Positions 50,045 to 61,047 of a stretch of DNA of 64,000 nt are shown one piece after another. Below the pieces are notes generated by a model that saw nothing but the letters and a program-made list of their open reading frames with translations, was not told the origin of the DNA and made no database searches. The stretch's first letter is position 1; every line of letters starts with the position of its first letter. This DNA is from Selaginella moellendorffii (lineage: Eukaryota; Plantae; Lycopodiophyta). The stretch covers positions 222,932-286,931 of the forward strand of contig NW_003314348.1 of NCBI RefSeq assembly GCF_000143415.4, given 5' to 3'. Made by a program: the position numbers and the translations under genes.

Positions 50045-52326
50045 AGTTGGGAGTTGAGTGAGACTCTTCCAAGTAGTCAAAAGTATAATTAATTAACTAC
50101 AGTAAAATAAAAAAAATTGTCAACACAAACCTAAAGCTAAGGATGAAATCATGGCAAACCTATTAGTTAGGTGTGAGCCAAGTGGATAGTTTCGATATAA
50201 GGAATATATCCTAAAACTTGGTTAGGCATAATAATATTCATAAAATATACTTATTAAGATAAAATATTTCATCACATTACTAAAGAAAATAAGAATAACT
50301 TCTCAATATTTGTGGCAAGGATAACATTTGAAGATTTGTCCAATTGGGAAATTTATTTATTATTTCACAATAGAAAGAGCATCAAGAGTATCCACTTTCT
50401 ATTCAGTTTAGAGTTGTTAGTGTGGCAAATAATACAACAATGCTAAGACAAGACTTTGAGGCCACTCTAAGAATATTTATATTTTTTTAGAGCCTAGACC
50501 ATGGTTGGTCCCAACCGCATTCGGCTGAAATCCCGATTGCCGCCAAACACGGTCGGACAGCTCTGTTTGGTGATTCTGTTCACCGATTATAATGGTGATC
50601 ACGCTCGCAGGGGCTAGATTTCCGATGCTGCTGCGGCTAGGCTATCGCCATCACCACTACATCTCCACCGCTTTGCTGTTCTCCTGCTGCTATGGACAAT
50701 CCATCCACAAATGCCCAGTCCAGCAAGCCTACATTGAATCCAACCAAGAGGGCTATAGCTTGTAGGAGTTGCGTGCATACTGAGCTCTATAAAGCGATAC
50801 TTCTCTGCTTTCAATTGAGCGTGGAGCAGCTTGCTAAGATCTCGCAAATCGCCTAGTTTGCGACGCTTGAACTATAATTTTTGCCCTAAAATAGAAATTA
50901 CAATTCCAGTGATTTCAGAGCGATTCTAGTGATTCTGGCACAATTGAGCAATGGCACCTAATTAGGCATGGTCTTATGTTACCAAGCTTGGCAAAAGAGT
51001 TGGGTGTTGGAAATGTAATTATTGTGGAAAATGTATAGCGGTCCGCTGAAATGAATTAAGGTGCATCTTGCTAAAATTTCTAAGCATGACATTGAAGTAT
51101 GTAATGTTTCAAATGTTCCTCTTCATGTTCAGAACCAAACTCACCAAATGTTTGTGGAACAAATTGTAAATACCTCTTTGTTTTTACCTTCTACAGCAAA
51201 TCTACAAAGTAGGCATTTTGATGGGGTATTTGCTTCTAAAGCTGGTACACTTTTATTAGTGTGGTTTTAATAAAAATGTATTTTTTTATCAAAAAAATTT
51301 TGTGAACCGTTCGGCTGTTTGGCATTTTCACAGCCAGTCGATAACCACGGTCGGGGGGTCAGTGTAAGACACAAATCCCTAAGCCCCAAAGTGGAGCCGA
51401 AAGGGTGCCATGTGGTAGTGGCCGAAGCGAATGCCAAACGAGCGTAACACGTTTGGACTAAAAGCTTCGACTTGAAAAGTCGAGAGCAGGAGTGGAACTC
51501 TCAATGAAATGCTCAAGGAACAAGCACAAAGTGAGCAATAAGTGAGTCTCTAGAAAAGGGACACAAGAGGACCAACACATGACACGTGGAGGAATTTGAG
51601 ATGGACCCAAGATGGACCCGAGATAGAGTTCAAGATGGAGTCTGAGATGGACTCGAGATGGAGTCCGAGATGGAGTCCAAGAGCCGGCTCTAGTTCCCCT
51701 GGGAGATCGACTGGCCGATGCTCCCAATCCAAGTGTGGGTGGCACTACTTACTTGGATACCTGGTGTGGCTCAACAGAACCTCACTCTAAGCCCATGGCT
51801 AGAGCACCTGAAGGTGGAAGGCGGGGAGAGTACCCACGAGGCTCACGTAAGGCCGTGGTGTTCCAAAATGTTGCCCCAAAGTCCCAGACTGTGAAAAGGA
51901 GGAGGAGCCGTCCTCTAGTGTAGAGACCAAGGATACAGTCATGTGAGGAGGTAATCCCAGAGGACTGAGGGACTTAGTGGTTGGGCTTGTGGGCCTTGAT
52001 CCAGTGGCAGTGTTGGTGAACATGGCCATAGACAAAAAGGGACTTGGTGGGGACTGGAAAAGGGATATTGGGGAAGGCAAACCCCCATGTCTGTGGGCAT
52101 CCTAAGGATGCTAAGGAGTGGATCGGGGATGATCACTCATGGATGGATGGCTTAGTCTTTGAGAGATGGGACTGTGATGCAGGTGGTGTTAGACTACCGG
52201 TGTGACCAAGGTGAAGGGGCATGGCCTTAGCGTAATGGGTTAGTATGTTGGTGGTACCTTAGAGTGTCGGTCTTGGGATCGGGCACATGGAGCACTTGGA
52301 CTAAGTGCAAGGGATGAGTGGCATGG

Positions 52327-53473
52327 TGTCGCGCATGTGACTTCGGGTATCGAAAGTTACCTGTCGACCAGTCCTTACGGACACTCTTACCTTACTGCCA
52401 CGATGGTAGGAGGTCGGTATTGCTGGACCCTTTATTAGTCCCTCTTGTTCAAGTGTTAGTAAACTGGACTTTGCATCTGTACTTGGCCGGATGAGCATAA
52501 GGAAGGAATTCCTAAGTGTCTATTTAGCTGAGCATACTCGGCCCGGCTTGTTAGTTCTCTTTTGCTCTGTCTTGCACTGGCTTGACAAGAACCCTCGCGT
52601 ATTGAGATTGGTACCTCAATATCGCTACATGATAGCTTACCGTGTCTGCCAAACACCCTCGCTATCATGCCCTTTGTGTTAGTCTCATTTCGGTCCCAAA
52701 TGCTATTTATGGAAAGTGTCCAGATTTGCTCATTTGGCATATCTACGGAATGTAGAGATCGGCCTGAACACAATGGTGTTCGTCCCGTGTCCAAATTCAC
52801 AATCAAAGGACATTCCATATTTAGTAAGTTTCAAGTTTGTCCCAGAGACTAACTCCTGATACTAAGGGAGGCTTGGGGTGAAAGCCCAAAGCGTGTGTTC
52901 CTCAAGGGGGGGGGGGCTATGGGGGGTTCCAAATGTATAGTAGGGATAGCGGGTAGGTCGGGCATGGCCGACCAACCTGAGGCATAGTCTAGCTCCCGCT
53001 TGCGTGCCTGTCCTTGTTCTGCGTCCGGCTTGGGTCTAAGCCCAAGTTCCATTCCATGCTAGTTGGTGGAGTACCCATACTCTCACGTTAGGCCACCGGT
53101 ATGCCGAAATAGCGCCAGACTCCGTTTGGCTCCGTTTTGCGTGCTGGTCCTGGCATTGGTATGCTGGTTGCTCCAGGACTGTTCCAAGTCGCTCCGGGCT
53201 CCTGTCCCTTCGCTCCTTGGGCTATATGCTCGGGAGTTGCTCCGTGGTCCGGTTTCATCACTCCTTGGCGTCACGCTTGGGAGTTTGGCACCGTTCCTTC
53301 GTTCAGTGGCCCAAGGCCCTGAACCTCGGGTTCCTATGGACACGTGGCACGGACACGTGGTATGTGACACGTGGCATTTGTCACGTGGCACAAAGAGGGT
53401 TTAGGTTCCGCTTCGTGGTGTTATCCTATGGTAAATCACCATAGGATAAAGGGTCAAAACCACGTGCGCTACA
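52327..53473 (+). repeat. 5' LTR of element B
   Basis: Direct repeat of 58452-59598. The ORF-track translations that lie inside the two copies are identical. Confidence 0.97.
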
Positions 53474-53475
53474 TT

Positions 53476-53486
53476 TGGTATCAGAG
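53476..53486 (+). other. Primer-binding site (tRNA-iMet) of element B
   Basis: TGGTATCAGAG, 2 nt after the LTR end. Confidence 0.92.
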
Positions 53487-56400
53487 AATGAGTCTCAGCG
53501 AGTACTATTCAATGAGATTGGGCAACTAGTCTTGTTGCATACGCAGAGATGAAAACGATGATCCGAGTGGGTACACGTTTGGGTGCAAAGACTTCGGAAT
53601 TGTTCCTTGGGTATAAATATTGTTACCTTTTTTGTTCCATATTATGTGAGCTTGCTCTTGGGCTCATAGGGTGGACTGAGTTGTTCCGGTTGCACGAGTT
53701 TGCGCTTGGGCTCGTGAGTGAGGCACATTAGCAACTCAAGGTTACACTTTGAGTTGGCAGGATTAATGTTAGCCTATCGGTGGATCCATGAGTTGTTCCA
53801 TGTACCGTGGGTTAAGTAAACCTTTCCCTGGGTTTGCTATGAGTGGCAAATAGGCTGGTCCGTAGCTGTTTAGCACGGCACTAGTGGATCCTTCCTAGGC
53901 ATGATTATAAGTGGATCAATCAAGACTATAAGGGATTAGTCTATTGGTTCAAATAGTCATGGCCGTGCTCTCTTATAAACTTTTCTTCGATTGAACTGAA
54001 GGCAGTGCGAAAGCAAGTTTGAGGTTTGGTCAAAGATGAGACCGAAAAGAGAGTCATCGGGGACGAAGGATCAAACACGTAAATCATTTTCTCTTCTTGG
54101 AGAGATGATTTGCAACGAGGTGTTAACTCATTGCTTGTGTTCACATTATGCAATCAAGAGTCCCTACCTTGATGCATATTGGAGATGATGGTCTTACAAA
54201 TGGTGAGTTGTGGGATGGATAGCGGTGAAACGCTAAACCATTTTATCTAGACTTGCTATCGGAAGACTTGGGTTGCAATGCTCAATTCTTTTCCGGGGAA
54301 CCTTGCTATTGCTCCTTGAGTAGCTTGGTGTTGGAATAGTTTTGAGATTGGTCGGAAAGAGAGTGGCATAAGCTTGTCTGTGTTGTGAACAAAAGTTAGT
54401 GGTGTTGGGTGTCGTAAATCTCTATTGGTGGAGTGTGGCATTTATGTTGCATTTTGTCTAATCGAGTTGGCATTTGATACTCACATAAACATTTGAAGTA
54501 ATGACATAAGCCTTGCTCATTGCGTTACTCAATTGATGATCAAGTCATTGTGATTTATATCATATCCATGTGATAATGAGCAATGTGTTTACGAAGTTGC
54601 TTGGGTAAATGATGATCAACCCCAAAGTGGTTGATGGAGAAGCTAGTCTACTTGCACGAAGTAGCATTGTAGTAGCCTTGACTGGATTCTCAATGGTGGT
54701 CCATTATGCTAAGCTTATGTTGGTACCTTGTTTCCTTGAGGGTTTGCCCATAAGGTGTTGGGAATGGGTTGTAGCATTCATTTGTTATAGCTCATCTGTT
54801 GATCCGTTAGCACTTGGAGTAGATTATTGGATGGAGAAGGTGTGAGGTTGAAGCATTGACATCGCTAGCACTTGTGTTAGTGGAAGTGGCATTGTTGATT
54901 CGAGTGATGAGGAATTTTCCTTAGAGCTTGATTTTCCATGTCATTTTTCTTGTTAGTGTTTTGGCTTCACATTGGATCTTGAAGGTGATTGAAGAAGAGT
55001 GTTAGTGCAATATGGATATCCGAAGATGTGGTCTTCGTGATCAAGTCTTGGATGTTCATTTTGCATTTTGCGGATGTCGGTGTTGGATGTCGGAAAAATG
55101 GGCAAAGATGTTCGATGCTTAAGCATGTTGTTCGATCATGAGAATTTGTGTTGAGGTGAGCCTATGTGAAGTTGTTGGTAGGAGGAAGTTGGTTGAGTCT
55201 TGAAAGTTTGCATTCCTGGACTGAGAGTTATTCTTTCTCTAGGATGGAAATTTTCCACAAATTTTCTTAGACTTTTCCAATGGCTGATCTATTGATCATT
55301 TTGTCCGAAAACCATTCCGTTTTCGAAAGCCAGTACAAACTAGTGAAGGGGTTGGAGTTGACTTCGGTTGGCTTAGATCCTAGTAAGTAGTTTGTATGAT
55401 GCGACCCGAAAGGGATGCTGACTTTTGGGGCTAAGATAATTGAGTTGGATAGAGTTTGAAGTTAGTGTAGAAAAGTGGCCGTTGCACTTTTCTAAGAAGG
55501 GTGACTCTTGTGCCTTTCTTTTGTAGCATTATGCTCGGTGGCAAGTTGCACCTTGCATTTCGCTAAGACTCTATGAGAGTAGTGAGCTCTCACTGACCTT
55601 GACTTAGTCTTGGTAGCCCTGCACCTTGGCTGAGGATGGTGATGTCCAACTTAGTTGTTTGAGGTTGAGATGTTGGTACCCGTACTATAGCTTTGTCTAT
55701 GAGGAGGTTGTGTACCGATATGATCCATCTCATGGTCTTCACTTTAGTTTCGACTGAGTGTTGATCACATAGCTAGCCTCTTCAAGGCATGCTCAGAGCT
55801 ATTGACTAAATGCATTAGTGAGCTTCTTGCGGTTGAGTTGGATTCGAGTGGTCATTTAGTTTGTGCTTGTCTATGAACTTTTATCTCGTACCTGGGGTAT
55901 TATGTTCATGTTGGACAAGTATGTAACTCGATGACATGAGTTAGTGTTTGGGTCTTGTGAAGGCAAGTTGAAGGGCGATTGTTAGTTGCTTTGCGACTAG
56001 TGATTACTTGTAGACTTCATCAAGGACAATTGACACTTGCTTTGCTCGATGATGATTTAGCAGTGATGGGCTTGCTTTACCGGATGGTGTTGCGGAGGAT
56101 CGTGTCGTTAGACTTGCATAGCTTTCCTATGTTAGTATATCGATTCTATCTCTGTCGATATCATTTGGTTACGTTTAGTCCGTAATGTTGGATTTCATTG
56201 AGTCTTGGACGTGGTGAATCACTCCTTGATGATGTGTTATCTGTAACTGAGTATTGTTAGAGGATTGGTCTCGGATACTAAGTATAGTATCTTCGACTTT
56301 GGTTAGCTTGGTTGCTGGAAAGCTCCAAGTGGTAATTCACTCTTGCTTTCTTCTAGCTTTATCCTGGTGTTGATGCCATTAAAGTGATGCCTTATCGTTG

Positions 56401-58451
56401 ATATTATTGATGTTGAGATTTGAGTGAAATGAGATATCCTTCCAAGGATTGATATTGAGTTTCATTAGTCTTGATGAATATAGTGTTGATGATTTGGCTA
56501 TAGCTTTGTGTTGTTGGCATTCGTGCATTTGCTAGTTAGCAACTGTGTTGACGTTCAAACGAACTGAGTGGCAAGTTGAGTTAGTTGTGTTCTAGACGAG
56601 ATTATTTAGTAGAGGGTTGAGCTTTAGCTTTTCCTTGAAAAGTGATTTAGTCGTGGACTATGCTAACTCTACGCGAAGAAGAGTTAGTGATCGATATTAG
56701 AATGTTGAGTCCTTGCTGGATTTGAGTTCGGAATATAGCAATCATTAATGATTCTTTTTGAGCTTGTTATGAAGTGAGTTACGTCTTGTTATAGATGGAT
56801 TCATGGAGGATCGTTTGATGATCACTTGTTAAGCATAGCTTCGTTATGCTTAGCTTTTGGATTGATGCAGAAATGCTCTTCATTAGCTTTGGCATTATGA
56901 AGTTTGGCTTATGGATGTGTTGAGGAAGATATTGTGGGTTGCACATGATTTCTTCTTTAGCATTGAAGTTAGCTTCTATGAGACTCGTGATCATTATTAG
57001 GCAAGACTTAGTTATAGGCTTCTTCGAGCTTTTGGTTCTTGAGTTTTGTGCTCATTGTTCCATTTGTTAGAAGTTGTTGGGGAAGGCATTTTGGCTCATT
57101 AGCTTCGATGTTGAAGTTGGTTTTTGCATCTGGCAATCATTGGTGATGATTGACTATCATCTAGGGTAGTTGATTGTCCTTATCACAAGTTTTGTTTGAT
57201 TATTGCTGGTTTGGAATTATTTGCTATTCTTCGGGATGGTAGATTCTTTCTTCAACGATGATTATACATCACTACATTGATGGGCTAATTGACGATCTTT
57301 CATGATAGTTGGTTGCTCTCTTTGATGGCTTTTGGCTTTTTGCAATACCACATGTTCTTTGTGGTTTGCTCTGGATTGGTCTCTTGGGTTTAAGACATCA
57401 GTAGGATGTTGCTAACACTTGCTTAGGCAACTTGAGTTCCTTGGTATTGTTGGCTGGGATCTATTCAGATTGGCTTTTGTGATAGTTAGCAGGCATGAGT
57501 GTTTGTTGGTCTTCCCACATTCATTCTCTTCTGTTGATTATTGCTCGAGTTAGTTTTGATAGATTTGGATGTTATTTCCTTTGGGTGATACATTCGCGAG
57601 CATTGTGCTTGTTAGTCAATGATACTTTGTGTTCTTTGAGTTCTCTCTCGTAAGTTGTTGGCTTACTGTCTGCTATCTTCGGTAGTTAAGTTTTATCATT
57701 GCGTTTACTTGATGATATACTTGCTATTGAATTTTGTTGGATGGTGCATCCTATGTTTTCCAATGATAGTGATCTTGGTGGTTCCTATACTGTAATACTA
57801 GTTTATCGGATGATAACTTACTTGGAATACTTTTGTGTTCTAATCTAAGCTTTATTCCCTGATAATTAAATCTCTAAGATATCATTGTCTCTGACTTTGA
57901 TATTGTCCATCCATTGATCTTTGCGTTTGGGCCAGTATAGGCAGACTGGCTTCGGCACTTCGTGTGCATGGTGAAATCTCTAGTCATGGGGTAGCTATTG
58001 TCGACTGGTCACATAACCCGCCTCTCTGTCGATGTTCCTTGTTCCGTGAAAGGGCGTGACCGTGTAAACAACTCTAAACTGCCTGTTGACAGTAGTCTAT
58101 CTAAACCTTACCGACGGGTTTGGTTTCTTTGCTCAGGAGGGTTGGGGCCTCTGGCTTCTCTCTCTATGTCCCTGCGGGCAGGGCATATCACACTTTTGTA
58201 AGCTGGGTGACTCCCAGAGCAGCAGGGGTGGCTGACTCCGTTGGTCATTTCCTTGTCGGCGACGGCCGGAAGGTGTCTGAGCTGGTAGCGCATCCGCGTT
58301 AGACAAAGAGGTTGCCCCCTAACTCATTTAAGTTGGTGCATTTCTCACATAGTGTGAGTACCGTGAACTTTTTCTGGAGTTGTTTCCTTGGCGGTATTCT
58401 AGACTCGAGTATGCATCGACGAGGACGTCGATCTTCCCAAGGGGGGGAGAG

Positions 58452-59598
58452 TGTCGCGCATGTGACTTCGGGTATCGAAAGTTACCTGTCGACCAGTCCT
58501 TACGGACACTCTTACCTTACTGCCACGATGGTAGGAGGTCGGTATTGCTGGACCCTTTATTAGTCCCTCTTGTTCAAGTGTTAGTAAACTGGACTTTGCA
58601 TCTGTACTTGGCCGGATGAGCATAAGGAAGGAATTCCTAAGTGTCTATTTAGCTGAGCATACTCGGCCCGGCTTGTTAGTTCTCTTTTGCTCTGTCTTGC
58701 ACTGGCTTGACAAGAACCCTCGCGTATTGAGATTGGTACCTCAATATCGCTACATGATAGCTTACCGTGTCTGCCAAACACCCTCGCTATCATGCCCTTT
58801 GTGTTAGTCTCATTTCGGTCCCAAATGCTATTTATGGAAAGTGTCCAGATTTGCTCATTTGGCATATCTACGGAATGTAGAGATCGGCCTGAACACAATG
58901 GTGTTCGTCCCGTGTCCAAATTCACAATCAAAGGACATTCCATATTTAGTAAGTTTCAAGTTTGTCCCAGAGACTAACTCCTGATACTAAGGGAGGCTTG
59001 GGGTGAAAGCCCAAAGCGTGTGTTCCTCAAGGGGGGGGGGGCTATGGGGGGTTCCAAATGTATAGTAGGGATAGCGGGTAGGTCGGGCATGGCCGACCAA
59101 CCTGAGGCATAGTCTAGCTCCCGCTTGCGTGCCTGTCCTTGTTCTGCGTCCGGCTTGGGTCTAAGCCCAAGTTCCATTCCATGCTAGTTGGTGGAGTACC
59201 CATACTCTCACGTTAGGCCACCGGTATGCCGAAATAGCGCCAGACTCCGTTTGGCTCCGTTTTGCGTGCTGGTCCTGGCATTGGTATGCTGGTTGCTCCA
59301 GGACTGTTCCAAGTCGCTCCGGGCTCCTGTCCCTTCGCTCCTTGGGCTATATGCTCGGGAGTTGCTCCGTGGTCCGGTTTCATCACTCCTTGGCGTCACG
59401 CTTGGGAGTTTGGCACCGTTCCTTCGTTCAGTGGCCCAAGGCCCTGAACCTCGGGTTCCTATGGACACGTGGCACGGACACGTGGTATGTGACACGTGGC
59501 ATTTGTCACGTGGCACAAAGAGGGTTTAGGTTCCGCTTCGTGGTGTTATCCTATGGTAAATCACCATAGGATAAAGGGTCAAAACCACGTGCGCTACA
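58452..59598 (+). repeat. 3' LTR of element B
   Basis: Follows the PPT, ends GCGCTACA, followed by TSD CATGG. Confidence 0.97.
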
Positions 59599-61047
59599 CA
59601 TGGATGCCATTTTCGGGGCTAGCAAGTCCCAAGTCCTAAACTAGACTTAAGGAAGTTGTGAATGAGACTCCTCCAAGTGGTCGAAGGTGTGGTTAAGTGA
59701 CTAAAGTAGAATAGAAAATTTAGTCGCTTACAATTTGGTATTGGAGCTATTCTTTAATCCGACTTTTATTGGTGCTCAAGTATATCACCACTGGTGTTGG
59801 CATCGGAAGGTCCTAAAATTGGGCCTATTTGTGAAGAGTAGCAAGTCAAGAAGACATGGCTCTCCACTACAGTTTATGTGTGAATTAGTAGGTGAAGTGG
59901 TGGATAGAAAAGGACCAATAATGGAACGACTTTGGGATCTTGGGAACAGTATAAGGTTTTCCTCAAAGAGTTGAGGATGTGATCCAGATGAACATTTGAC
60001 TTAACAAATTGGCTAATGTAGTTGTGGTAAACAACTATAGTTGGGATCACGAGAAAAATAAAGACTCCAAAACCATAAAGGAGTCACAAGATTATCCTTA
60101 TATAGTTGAGGTTGGTGCTCATGAATTTGAGACCAGAATTAATGACCATGGAAGGTCAAATACAGAAAAGGAAACAAGTCCTTGAAATGGTAGCTGATGC
60201 TACCCTTGATAAATGCTGGAACAACCCAAGGAGTTGGGGGTGTACTTAGAGGATGAGTTGGTATTCTCATCATGTGGACAAGTATTCTAAAGGGGCAAAG
60301 GTTGCCCTAGGGAACAACATCCAGTGTTGGAGTGACACTTGCAAAAATAGTCTTTGTGAGTAGGACATGAATACAAGAAGTTGTATTCCACCGAACTAGC
60401 ACCTTAAATAGGACCTTATGGGTCATTGGATTTTAAAGTCTAAAAATGTTACATGACTTAAGTAGAGTTAAGGAATGGTCCTAAGGAATTGCTAAAAGCA
60501 TTTGGACTGAGGTTTTTTGTGCCCCACGAAGGTTGGGGAGGATCATAGGATCTAAGTATGAGAATAGTGACTATCTCATCGATAGCAGAGTGTGCCATAC
60601 TAAAGTTGTGGGGAAGGTGTTCCCAGAAGAAAATAACTTTGACACAAAGTTATGAGTAAACTCTATGGTGCAGTGATAATGGATAGTTGGCATAAGAAAG
60701 AACTATATTGGTCTTGGCAAGGACCTAGACACAAGTAAGAAGTGTCATAAAGGTAGGTTTATGGAGCCGATGGTGTGGAGACACCGAATGTGCCAAGGCA
60801 TAATGCCTTAAGGTGAGTTGGCAGGTTCACGAGAACCCCTTCTCAAAGGAATCTAAATGGAAATGAGAATGGCATAGCCTAAGTTGGAAGGCATACAATT
60901 AGAGTGTGGTGACCCAGATAATGATGGAGGTGTGGAAGCACTAGCAATGAGTTGTAGGACTTGACAACTATGAGGCAACTAAGCAAAAGGTGCAAAATAA
61001 TCTGTTAAACTAATAGTAGGTAGCTACCCAAGACTTCTTAATGGCAT

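Larger units (their letters stand above)
52327..59598 (+). mobile_element. Full-length LTR retrotransposon B (gypsy-derived, non-autonomous), nested in LTR A1
   Basis: LTRs 52327-53473 and 58452-59598 (1147 bp each, TG..CA); 5-bp TSD CATGG at 52322-52326 and 59599-59603; PBS TGGTATCAGAG at 53476; PPT AAGGGGGGGAGAG at 58439-58451; no internal ORF above about 85 aa. Confidence 0.96.
51363..61047 (+). mobile_element. LTR retrotransposon family A, copy 1: LTR 51363-59732 (split by element B), decayed PBS, non-coding internal 59733-61047
   Basis: LTR termini TGTAAG..CTTACA. Sequence on either side of element B rejoins to match 62716-62760. TGGTATTGGAGC (decayed iMet PBS) at 59736. Confidence 0.85.

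Noticed and set aside
50495-51357. Possible hAT/MITE-like DNA transposon (GACCATGGTT..AACCACGGTC ends)
   Set aside because: Inverted termini are short and imperfect and no target-site duplication was found.
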